From: Betaproteobacteria bacterium
Lineage (GTDB): Bacteria > Pseudomonadota > Gammaproteobacteria > Burkholderiales > SG8-39
DNA: 40,070 bases
Direction of reading: 5' to 3'
NCBI GenBank assembly: GCA_016189945.1
Contig: JACPRN010000048.1
Coordinates: 1 to 40,070, forward strand
The notes under the pieces are model-generated. The model was not told the origin of the DNA. It did no database searches and saw only the letters and a list, made by a program, of their open reading frames with translations. The translations under genes and the position numbers were made by a program. Below, one piece after another: positions 9,020 through 16,792 of this stretch; the first letter of the stretch is position 1, and each line of letters opens with the position of its first letter.

Positions 9020-10564
9020 TCACTGGTTGAGCTGCAGGCGAATGCCGATCACCTTGACCGGCCGCGCAGCCGGGTTGCCCGCCGCTTCACGAATCAACTG
9101 GAAATCCGGGGAGATCTCGAAATTCTGGTGAACGCGAAATCGGTAGTAGACCTCTGCGACGCGCTCGGAGCCGCGCGCGGCGAATCCGAACACGGGTGTG
9201 CCGGCTGCGTCGACAACTTGCGCCGAAGTGTTGCGGAACGCTTCGCTCGATCGATTGGCGCCAAAGGCGATGCCGAGGGCATCGCCGCCGCGCGACCAGT
9301 AGCTGCCGCCGATTTCGACGCCGAGGGCGAGCGCGCGATCGAACGGCAGTCCTTCGCCGGAGGCCCAGCCCAGCCGGCCGAAGTACGTGATGTAGTCGCC
9401 GAAGCGCTGGTCGAAATTCAAGCCGCCGCCGCGGTGCGGCCGCAGCAGGGCCTCGTCGAGGTTCGCCGGGTCGCGCAGGAAGGTGGGCGCCTGTCCGTTT
9501 CGCCACAGAAAGGCGCGGTAGTTTCCGGTGAGCCCGCCGAAGCGCTGCGTGGCCTCGGCTTGGCCGATCCAGAAGGGTGAGCGAAACCCTTCGGAGAAAT
9601 TGGCGCCGCGCCCGGCGCCGAACATGGCGAAAGACAGGCCCCAGGGTTCGCTCTTGGTGCGCTCGTTGCGGTAGGCGACGCGCACGCCCGGAGAGAATCC
9701 GAAGCCGTCCGCCCCGACGTTGGCCGCCAGCGGGTTGTCGAGCAGCGCGTTGTGAACGAATGGGCTGGCGAGAAACTGGCGCGTTTCGTCGTTGGCCGCA
9801 GCGTTCTGGTCGAAGAACGCGAACGGATCCATCTTGCCGAAGTTGATGGTGAGCTTCTCGCGCGATTGCGGCTTGAAGCCGCCGAACGGCAGCGGGATGT
9901 CGGCGCGGTAATAGGCTTGCGCGAGCAGCAGTGCGCTGTTTTCCGCGGGAATGGCGGTGCCGAGCTGAAACGAGGAGACGTTCGGACCGGCAAAAGAAGT
10001 GAGGTTTTGCGAGATTCCTCGGCCCTGGCCGACGCGGAAATGCCCGAAGAGCTTGCTTTCGATGTCGCCCGTTTTCACCGTCGGCGTCGTCACCGTGATG
10101 TCGGCGCGGTAGTTGAGCGTCGTCCCGTTGGTGTCGACGCTGGTTGCCCTCTGTCCCACCGAAGTGAAACTCGCCCCGGCGGCAAAGCCCTCGATCGAAT
10201 CGATCACCGTGGCCTGCTTCTTGATGTCGAGGGTGTTGTATTCGACCGCTTTCAGGCGCGAAGCGAGCTCAGGCTCCCGCTCGGATATGCCCTCATCGGC
10301 GAGCGCGTCTTCGAGCCGCTTGTTGTAGCTCTCCAAGGCCTTGATGCGGGCTTCGATCTCGCCTTGGCTTCGCGCTGGCCGATCGGCATACGTCTTCAGT
10401 TGCGCCTCCAGGGCGGCGTTTCGTTTTTCCACCCGTTCCAGGCGCTCGGCAAGGCGCCGCAGTTCGTCGCGCAACGAAGTCTCCTCCGGCGTTGCCGCGC
10501 GCGCGCCGGCAACATTGATCGCCAAGGCGAGGAGCGCGCCCGCGGCGATAAGGCTCGTGCGCAT
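9020..10564 (-). CDS. OprB-like outer-membrane porin with N-terminal coiled coil inside the ftr operon (FtrP-like)
   Basis: Signal peptide, heptad-rich segment, GKMDPFAFFDQN..ANDETRQF, EVYYRF..EISPDFQLI. TGATG overlap with the ftrA stop. Confidence 0.8.
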   Translation of the reverse strand: MRTSLIAAGALLALAINVAGARAATPEETSLRDELRRLAERLERVEKRNAALEAQLKTYADRPARSQGEIEARIKALESYNKRLEDALADEGISEREPELASRLKAVEYNTLDIKKQATVIDSIEGFAAGASFTSVGQRATSVDTNGTTLNYRADITVTTPTVKTGDIESKLFGHFRVGQGRGISQNLTSFAGPNVSSFQLGTAIPAENSALLLAQAYYRADIPLPFGGFKPQSREKLTINFGKMDPFAFFDQNAAANDETRQFLASPFVHNALLDNPLAANVGADGFGFSPGVRVAYRNERTKSEPWGLSFAMFGAGRGANFSEGFRSPFWIGQAEATQRFGGLTGNYRAFLWRNGQAPTFLRDPANLDEALLRPHRGGGLNFDQRFGDYITYFGRLGWASGEGLPFDRALALGVEIGGSYWSRGGDALGIAFGANRSSEAFRNTSAQVVDAAGTPVFGFAARGSERVAEVYYRFRVHQNFEISPDFQLIREAAGNPAARPVKVIGIRLQLNQ

Positions 10565-11118
10565 CAATAGCCTCCTTTCTTGCCGATGCCGACGTAGGTG
10601 AATTCGTATTCGACTTCGAAGGGCTTGAACCAGGGACGGACGCCTGTCAGGCGATCGGTGTGCCGGCCGAAGTGCTGGTTGCGCGGATCAGCCGAAGGCG
10701 GGTGGATGCGGTATTTCAGCTTGTACTTGCCCGGTCCTTTTAGCTTGATGTTGTCGCCGTAGTGCGGTCCGTCGTTGGCGACCATGGGTACCAGCTCGCC
10801 GCTCACGGCATCAGTCGATCCGTCTTTCTTCAGCTCGAACTGCACCTTGAGGTGCGGTATCCACGCGCCCTCGCTGAATCCGTTCGGATTGTTCGCCAGG
10901 GCGCGGATGTCGGCTTCGAGATGAATGTCGGAGTCGGCCGGCGTCTTCATCATGCCGTCCGGTTCCATGGTGACGGGCTGGAGATACACGGCGGTGATCT
11001 CCATTCCGTAGCGCTGCAGCGGAGCGCCGATCGGATATTCGACCGCCAGAGCGGACGAGGCGAGGGCGAGCGGGGCGACAAGACTGGTGATCGATACGAA
11101 GCGGCGGGCAAATCGCAT
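10564..11118 (-). CDS. ftrA: Periplasmic P19/Tp34-family metal-binding protein (FtrA)
   Basis: AVYLQPVTMEP, HLEADI, PMVANDGPHYGDN, FGRHTD; signal peptide. Confidence 0.92.
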   Translation of the reverse strand: MRFARRFVSITSLVAPLALASSALAVEYPIGAPLQRYGMEITAVYLQPVTMEPDGMMKTPADSDIHLEADIRALANNPNGFSEGAWIPHLKVQFELKKDGSTDAVSGELVPMVANDGPHYGDNIKLKGPGKYKLKYRIHPPSADPRNQHFGRHTDRLTGVRPWFKPFEVEYEFTYVGIGKKGGY

Positions 11119-11129
11119 GGTCTACTCCA

Positions 11130-11279
11130 TCAAGAATTGATTGACAAAAGTTGCGGCGGACGAGCAGCGCGCGGGCGCAGGTCAAGAAAGCGGGGGCGGA
11201 GACTTAGCATGACGCGCCGCGTCGCTGCGCGCGATGAGAAATGCGGCGACCAATGCCGCGCGGACTTTTGAATTGGCAT
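11130..11279 (-). CDS. Putative 49-aa leader ORF upstream of ftrA (MPIQKSARHWSPHF...PPQLLSINS)
   Basis: ATG 11279 preceded by AAGGGAGAG; TGA 11132-11130 lies 1 nt before the ftrA SD (GGAG 11128-11125). No recognisable domain. Confidence 0.4.
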   Translation of the reverse strand: MPIQKSARHWSPHFSSRAATRRVMLSLRPRFLDLRPRAARPPQLLSINS

Positions 11280-11280
11280 T

Positions 11281-11342
11281 AGCCAGCTCTCCCTTCCGGG
11301 TGGAGGGCGCTGGCTGGCTCGCTGGCGGGACGCTAGCTGGCT
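11281..11342 (-). promoter_or_regulatory. GCCAGC repeat cluster with complementary copy; candidate HemP/HmuP-responsive RNA element
   Basis: Four (A)GCCAGC copies on the mRNA (11342-11336, 11326-11321, 11319-11313, 11315-11309) and one complementary GCTGGCT (11287-11281) 1 nt before ATG 11279. Confidence 0.55.
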
Positions 11343-11359
11343 TGCGCGGGGGCAACCGG

Positions 11360-11386
11360 GCTCGGGGGCTACTGCGCCGCCCGAGC
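11360..11386 (-). other. GC-rich stem-loop directly after the hemP stop
   Basis: GCTCGGG...CCCGAGC 7-bp stem with inner GGC/GCC pairs; no U-tract. Confidence 0.5.
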
Positions 11387-11388
11387 GC

Positions 11389-11574
11389 TTACGCGGTCAG
11401 TATCAATTTGCCGTTTTGGGTCAAGCGCAACCGATAGTCGCGGCCGCCGTGTTCAATGATCAGGTCGCCGCGAGGCCCGAGCAGGGCTTGGCTCGAAATT
11501 CTCTGCTGAACTGCGGCGGGCTTTGCCGCGGCGAGCACGCGAATCGGCAGTCGTTGTCTGGCGCGCATGTCCAT
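11389..11574 (-). CDS. hemP: Hemin uptake protein HemP/HmuP family
   Basis: Signature [33 protein letters not shown]; upstream of an iron-uptake operon with a Fur-like box. Confidence 0.92.
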   Translation of the reverse strand: MDMRARQRLPIRVLAAAKPAAVQQRISSQALLGPRGDLIIEHGGRDYRLRLTQNGKLILTA

Positions 11575-11580
11575 GGACGA

Positions 11581-11609
11581 ACGATAACGATTCGCATTTC
11601 GGTAGTCAA
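11581..11609 (-). promoter_or_regulatory. Sigma70 promoter of hemP overlapped by a Fur box
   Basis: Minus strand TTGACT (11609-11604), 17 nt, TATCGT (11586-11581), 6 nt, ATG. Fur-like GATAACGATTCGCATTTCG at 11583-11601 matches 12/19 of GATAATGATAATCATTATC. Confidence 0.75.
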
Positions 11610-11645
11610 CAGCGATGTCGGAAAAGCGTGATATGGATCAAACCG

Positions 11646-11679
11646 ACCCTCCCGCCCAGCGACGCCCGGGCGGGAGGGT
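11646..11679 (-). terminator. Strong hairpin ending the carboxyltransferase/Bug operon
   Basis: 12-bp perfect inverted repeat ACCCTCCCGCCC / GGGCGGGAGGGT, 21 nt past the Bug stop; U-tract weak. Confidence 0.6.
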
Positions 11680-11700
11680 GTGCCGTGCTTGATCGCGCCG

Positions 11701-12678
11701 CTACTCGAAGCGGATGTTCAGCTCCCGCAGGGCCTTGGTCCACTTGGCCACCTCCGCCCTGTGGATGGGGCCGAATTCCGCCGGCGGCATTCCCATCCCG
11801 GCGGATTCACGGCCCTGCGCCGCGGTGCGCTTCTTCATCACGTCGGAATTGAGGACCACGGCGAGCGCGCCGTAGAGCTTGTCGATCACCGGACGCGGTG
11901 TCCCCGCGGGCGCGAACAAGCCCGCCCAGGTGCTCGCCTGAAAGTCCAATCCGATCGATTCGTGCACGGTCGGGACATCGGGCATGAAGGAGCTTCGCGC
12001 AGTGCCGGCAATGGCCAGAGGCCGGAGCTTTCCGGCGCGGATGTGCGGCAGGAGCGGCGGAATCGATAGAACGATGATGGGGACTTCGCCGGAGAGGGTG
12101 GCGGTTATCGAAGGCGAGGCGCCCTTGAAGCCGACGTGAACGATTTTGGTCCCGGCCACCAGATTGAACAGTTCGGTTCCCACCTGAAACTCGGGCGCGG
12201 CCGACGAATAGAACAATTTCCCCGGCTGCGCCTTGGCCATTTCGACCAGTTCCTTGAACGACTTCGCTGGAAACGACGGATGAACGGCGAACAGCAACGG
12301 GTCGAGATTGAAGCGCGTGATGGGGATGAAATCCTTCACCGGGTCGTAGGGGAGCTTCTTGTACATACCCGCGGCCAGAACCATCGCGCCGCCGGTTCCG
12401 GCCATGAGCGTGTAGCCATCGGGCTCCGACTTGGCGACGAAGTCCGCCGCGATGATGCCGTTGGCGCCGGGCTTATTGTCCACCAGTACCGGTTGGCCCA
12501 GTTGCTCGGCGAGCATCGCGCCGACCTGGCGCGCGGTCACATCGGTGCCGCCGCCGGGCGCGGCTCCGACGACGAATTTTATCGGCTTGCTCGGATAGCT
12601 TTGCGCGGCCGCAGCGCCCGAGGCGAGGGCGAGCGCGAAAGCGAGGAACAGTCCGGTAGTGCCAAATGTTGCCCTCAT
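11701..12678 (-). CDS. Bug/TctC tripartite tricarboxylate transporter substrate-binding protein
   Basis: AQSYPSKPIKFVV..APGGGTD, DNKPGANG, PDGYTL, PDVPT, WAGLFAPAGTP. ATG 12678 with SD GGAGGAG. Confidence 0.95.
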   Translation of the reverse strand: MRATFGTTGLFLAFALALASGAAAAQSYPSKPIKFVVGAAPGGGTDVTARQVGAMLAEQLGQPVLVDNKPGANGIIAADFVAKSEPDGYTLMAGTGGAMVLAAGMYKKLPYDPVKDFIPITRFNLDPLLFAVHPSFPAKSFKELVEMAKAQPGKLFYSSAAPEFQVGTELFNLVAGTKIVHVGFKGASPSITATLSGEVPIIVLSIPPLLPHIRAGKLRPLAIAGTARSSFMPDVPTVHESIGLDFQASTWAGLFAPAGTPRPVIDKLYGALAVVLNSDVMKKRTAAQGRESAGMGMPPAEFGPIHRAEVAKWTKALRELNIRFE

Positions 12679-12752
12679 TTCTTGTCTCCTCCGTTTGTAC
12701 TCATCAACGACAGTTGAACTCCACCCTCCACCACCCTTTGCGGCGGTACTGC

Positions 12753-14261
12753 TCAAGCGAAACCCTGGTTCTGCACGAGCAGCGTATCGTCTCCCCGCCG
12801 CACGTGCACATAGCGCACTTGCCGGTGCTTGCCCAGTTCCTGAAGCAGGATCAGGAGCGGCAGCCCGGTGTTGAAATACTGCGGCGGCGGGCCGGCGGCG
12901 CGCATGGTCTCGATTTCGTGGGTGCCCTTCATCATGAACCGCAGCAGGAACTCTTCGTCGGACACCCCGGGCCCGCCGAGGCTTGCGCGGACCTCTTTCA
13001 GCGTGACCTCGCGCTCCTGGCGCGAGGCTATTTCCTTCAGCTCCCTGGCCCGGGGCGTGGCGAGCAGCCTGTCCTTCAGGTTCTGGTCCATCCAGGTGTA
13101 GCCCGAATCCTCGCCGTATGCGCCCTGGGCGAAGAGGATGAATTCATCGATGACATGCTTGTAGCGCTCGCCGGTCACCACGTTGATCGCGGCCTGGGTG
13201 ACCACGAACTGCGAATGCGGCGTGATCATGATCGGATAGCCGAAGTCCTTGCGCACCTGCACGGTTTCTTCCAACACTTCGTCGAATCGGTCGAGGAGGC
13301 GCATCTCGCCAAGCTGATGCCTCAAGTTCGAGATCACCCCTCCGGGCACCTGATAGAGGTACTGCGCGTAATCGTATTCGAGCGGCGCGCCGATCGGCAG
13401 CCGCTCGCGCTTCGCGATCGCGGTGAGTTGCTCGACGACCGGCCGCAGGACGGCGAGGTCGACCTGTGGCGAATAGCCCATGAGGCGCGCGTTTTCGGCA
13501 ACGTTCAACACCGAGGGCTGGGAGGAGCCGTTCGCGAGCGGCGGCACCGCAGTGTGCAGCCTGTGCACTCCGGCTTTCAGCGCTTCCAGATAAACGAGCG
13601 GCGCGAGACCCGTGGTGCAGTGCGAGTGCAGCTCGACCGGCAATCCGCCCGCGTTTTGCACCAGCACCGGAAGCAGCGTCCGTGCCCGATCGATCGTGAG
13701 CAGGCCGCCCTGGTCCTTGAGGTAGATCCCGTCGGGCGCAAACGGCAGGACCTGACGCACCTTTTGCGCGTAATAGGCGTCGTCATGCCGCGGCGATAGG
13801 GTGTAGGAGAGCGCAACGACGACCTGCAGGCCCAGCCTCCTGAACATCGGGATGACCCAGGGGAAGGTGCGCTCGACCTGGCCGAGCGTATTGCAGGTCA
13901 CTTGCACGCGGTTCAGGGCGCGCAGCTCGACCAGCCGGGCGTGGTAGAGCTCGATCACCTCCCGCGGCGCCGCGGCTTCGAACGGGATGATGAAGCCTCC
14001 GGCCATGCAGCTCTTGCGCGTATTGGGCATGCGCCGCGCCACCATGCGCGCCAGCTCCCAGGGATCCTCCCTCAAATCGCGCAGCGACTTTTTCATCCGG
14101 TTGCCGCCCACCGGGACCTCGATGGCTTCGAACCCCGCGCGGTCCATGTCCTCGGCGACCGCTTCGATCATTCCCGAGCGCATGCCTCCGGCCCACAGGC
14201 TCTGGGCGCCATCGCGATACGTGGTATCGATGAAACGCACGGCCGGCTTGCCAGAGTTCAT
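12753..14261 (-). CDS. Stand-alone pyruvate carboxylase/OadA-type carboxyltransferase, copy 2; no biotinyl domain
   Basis: DTTYRDGAQSL, YLKDQ, HSHCT, QVPGG, GYPIMITPHSQ; no EAMKM biotin motif. Confidence 0.85.
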   Translation of the reverse strand: MNSGKPAVRFIDTTYRDGAQSLWAGGMRSGMIEAVAEDMDRAGFEAIEVPVGGNRMKKSLRDLREDPWELARMVARRMPNTRKSCMAGGFIIPFEAAAPREVIELYHARLVELRALNRVQVTCNTLGQVERTFPWVIPMFRRLGLQVVVALSYTLSPRHDDAYYAQKVRQVLPFAPDGIYLKDQGGLLTIDRARTLLPVLVQNAGGLPVELHSHCTTGLAPLVYLEALKAGVHRLHTAVPPLANGSSQPSVLNVAENARLMGYSPQVDLAVLRPVVEQLTAIAKRERLPIGAPLEYDYAQYLYQVPGGVISNLRHQLGEMRLLDRFDEVLEETVQVRKDFGYPIMITPHSQFVVTQAAINVVTGERYKHVIDEFILFAQGAYGEDSGYTWMDQNLKDRLLATPRARELKEIASRQEREVTLKEVRASLGGPGVSDEEFLLRFMMKGTHEIETMRAAGPPPQYFNTGLPLLILLQELGKHRQVRYVHVRRGDDTLLVQNQGFA

Positions 14262-15239
14262 TCAATCCACCTTGATATTCGCCGCCTTGATTAGCGGTTC
14301 CCACTTGCGCATTTCGCTCTGCAGGAAACCCACGAACTCGTTCGATCCCATCGGCACCGGTGTCATTCCGATGCCGATCAAGCCGGCGTGAATCTCCGCC
14401 GAATTGACCGCGCCCAGTACCTCGGCCTGCAGCCGCTCGAGGATGCCTTGCGGCATTCTCGCCGGCGCAGAAATGCCGTACCAGAGCGAGCCCGCCACGC
14501 CGGGTGCGATTTCGCTCATCGCCGGAACATCGGGGAACGCCGCCACGCGCTTTTCGGTCGTGGTGGCGAGCATGCGCATCTTGCCGCTGCGCACGAACTC
14601 CGGCGCCGAGGAGTCGGCGATGTAGGTCGCGTCGATGTGACCGCCGAGCAGGTCGCTGATCGCAGGCGTTGCGCCTTTGTACGCCACATGGACGATGTTT
14701 ACCCCGGCGTTCTTGTTGAGCAGATCACCGAGCAGATTTCCGAGCGAGCCAACGCCTGAGGAACCGTAGCTGAGCGAGCCCGGCTTGGCCTTGGCAAGCG
14801 ACAGGAACTCCTGAAAGCTCTTCGCCGGATGGTCGGCGCGCACCATCCAGAACATCGGGAAAGTGCCGATCATCGCGATATGGGTGAAATCCTTCAGGGG
14901 CTCATAAGGCGTGCGGCGCATCAGCGGCCCCAGGGAAATGGACGCCTGGTTGGTGATCAGGAGGGTGTAGCCGTCGGGAGGGGCCTTGGCGACAGAGTCT
15001 GCTCCCAGCAGCGACCCGGCGCCGGCCTTGTTCTCCACGACCACGGGCTGCTTCAAGGTTTCGGCGAGGCGGCTCGCCAGCAGCCGGGCCGTCCTGTCGG
15101 GCGGCCCGCCGGCCGGCAGTGGCACGATCAACTTGATCGGGCGCGCGGGGTACGTTTGCGCCAATGCGGCATTGCACAGCACGGCGAAAGCACACAAAGC
15201 GAGAAAAGACCTGCCCTGCCACCCACGCTTCTCGAACAT
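14262..15239 (-). CDS. Bug/TctC substrate-binding protein
   Basis: AQTYPARPIKLIVP, ENKAGAG, PDGYTL, YGSSGVGS, HVAYKG. ATG 15239 with SD GGAGGAG. Confidence 0.95.
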   Translation of the reverse strand: MFEKRGWQGRSFLALCAFAVLCNAALAQTYPARPIKLIVPLPAGGPPDRTARLLASRLAETLKQPVVVENKAGAGSLLGADSVAKAPPDGYTLLITNQASISLGPLMRRTPYEPLKDFTHIAMIGTFPMFWMVRADHPAKSFQEFLSLAKAKPGSLSYGSSGVGSLGNLLGDLLNKNAGVNIVHVAYKGATPAISDLLGGHIDATYIADSSAPEFVRSGKMRMLATTTEKRVAAFPDVPAMSEIAPGVAGSLWYGISAPARMPQGILERLQAEVLGAVNSAEIHAGLIGIGMTPVPMGSNEFVGFLQSEMRKWEPLIKAANIKVD

Positions 15240-15273
15240 AACTCCTCCTTCTCTTGCGCTGTCGGTATCCGAT

Positions 15274-16770
15274 TCAGGCCATGGACTGGTTCCGGATGAC
15301 CAGCGAATGGCCACCTCGCTGCACTTGAACATAGCGCACCTGCCTGTGTTTTTCCAGTTCCTGGATCAGAGTCAGCAGGGGCATGCTGGTATTGAAATAG
15401 CGCTTCGGCGGACCGGCTGCGCGCATGGCGCGAATTTCGGCGTCGCCCTTCATCATGAAGCGCAGCAGCAGCTCCTCGTCGGAGACGCCCGGTCCGCCGA
15501 GGCTCGCGCGGATCTCCTCGAGCGTCACATCGCGTTTCTTGCGCGCGGTCAGTTCCTCGAGTTCCTTCGACCGGGGCAGGGCAAGCAGCCGGTCTTTGAG
15601 ATTCTGGTCCATCCAGGTGAAGCCCGAATCCTCCCCGTAGGCCCCTTGAGCAAAAAGGATGACCTCGTCGATCACATGCTTGTAGCGCTCTGCGGTCATC
15701 ACGTTGATCGCGGCCTGAGTGACGACGAACTGCGAATGCGGGGTGACCATGATCGGGTAACCGAGGTCCTTGCGCACCCGCACCGATTCCTCGAGCACTT
15801 CGTCCAGGCGCTCGAGCAGACGCATTTCGGCCAGTTGGTGCCGGGTGTTGGAGATCACGCCGCCGGGAACCTGATGGATGTACTGCGCATAGTCGTACTC
15901 CAGGGGAGCGCCGATCGGCAGCTTCTCCTGTTTTGCGATCGCGGTGAGCCGCTCAGAGACCGGGCGCAAGATCTCCAAGTCGACGCGCGGCGCATGGCCC
16001 ATCATCCGGGCGTTGCCCGCCACGTTGAACACCGAAGGCTGCGCCGAACCGTTGGCAAGCGGCGGCACGCCGGTGTGCAGCCTCGCAACCCCCGATTTCA
16101 GCGCCTCCAGATAGACGAGCGGCGCGAGCCCGGTCGTGCAATGCGAGTGCAGCTCGACCGGGACGCCCGCGGCATTCCCGAGGATGACCGGAAGCAGCGT
16201 GCGCGCCCGATCCACGGTGAGCAGGCCGCACTGATCCTTGAGGTAGATCGCGTCCGGCGCGAACGCAAGCACCTCGCGCGTCTTGTGCGCGTAGTACTCG
16301 TCCGTGTGGCGCGGGGAAATGGTGTAGGAGAGCGCGATCGCGACCTTGAGCCCCAGGCGCTTGAACATCGGAATGACCCAGGGGAAAGTGCGCTTGCACT
16401 CGTCCATGACGTTGGCCATCACCTGGACGCGGTTCAGGGCGCCGATCTCGGACAGTCGAGTGTAATAGAGTTCGATCATCGAGCGCGGTGTCGAGGCCGC
16501 CTCGAACAGGATGATGTGCGCGCCGGCCATGCAGCTCTTCGCCGTGTTCGGCATGGCCCTCGCCACCATCCGCGCCCTCTCCCAGGGGTCTTCCTTTGCG
16601 TCCCGGAGCAGCTTCTTCATGTGGTTGCCGCCCACCGGAACCTCGATGACATCGAACCCGGCCCGGTCCATGTCCGCTGCAACCGCCTCGATCATGCCGG
16701 TGCGCATGGCGCCGGCCCACAGGCTCTGGGAACCGTCGCGAAACGTGGTGTCGACGAAGCGCACCTCCAT
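15274..16770 (-). CDS. Stand-alone pyruvate carboxylase/OadA-type carboxyltransferase, copy 1; no biotinyl domain
   Basis: DTTFRDGSQSL, YLKDQ, HSHCT, HQVPGG, GYPIMVTPHSQ; colinear close paralog of 12753-14261. Confidence 0.85.
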   Translation of the reverse strand: MEVRFVDTTFRDGSQSLWAGAMRTGMIEAVAADMDRAGFDVIEVPVGGNHMKKLLRDAKEDPWERARMVARAMPNTAKSCMAGAHIILFEAASTPRSMIELYYTRLSEIGALNRVQVMANVMDECKRTFPWVIPMFKRLGLKVAIALSYTISPRHTDEYYAHKTREVLAFAPDAIYLKDQCGLLTVDRARTLLPVILGNAAGVPVELHSHCTTGLAPLVYLEALKSGVARLHTGVPPLANGSAQPSVFNVAGNARMMGHAPRVDLEILRPVSERLTAIAKQEKLPIGAPLEYDYAQYIHQVPGGVISNTRHQLAEMRLLERLDEVLEESVRVRKDLGYPIMVTPHSQFVVTQAAINVMTAERYKHVIDEVILFAQGAYGEDSGFTWMDQNLKDRLLALPRSKELEELTARKKRDVTLEEIRASLGGPGVSDEELLLRFMMKGDAEIRAMRAAGPPKRYFNTSMPLLTLIQELEKHRQVRYVQVQRGGHSLVIRNQSMA

Positions 16771-16792
16771 GGCGGGGCCGGCGCGCGAACGG

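Noticed and set aside
11129-11141. FNR site upstream of ftrA (ATCAA-GAA-TTGAT)
   Set aside because: Half-sites are in the wrong order and spacing for TTGAT-N4-ATCAA.
11281-11342. CRISPR or tandem-repeat reading of the GCTGGC repeats
   Set aside because: Units are 6-7 nt, irregularly spaced, with no spacers or cas genes.
12753-16770. Na+-pumping oxaloacetate decarboxylase or complete pyruvate carboxylase
   Set aside because: No biotinyl domain, no oadB/oadG, no biotin carboxylase, and altered pyruvate-binding motifs.
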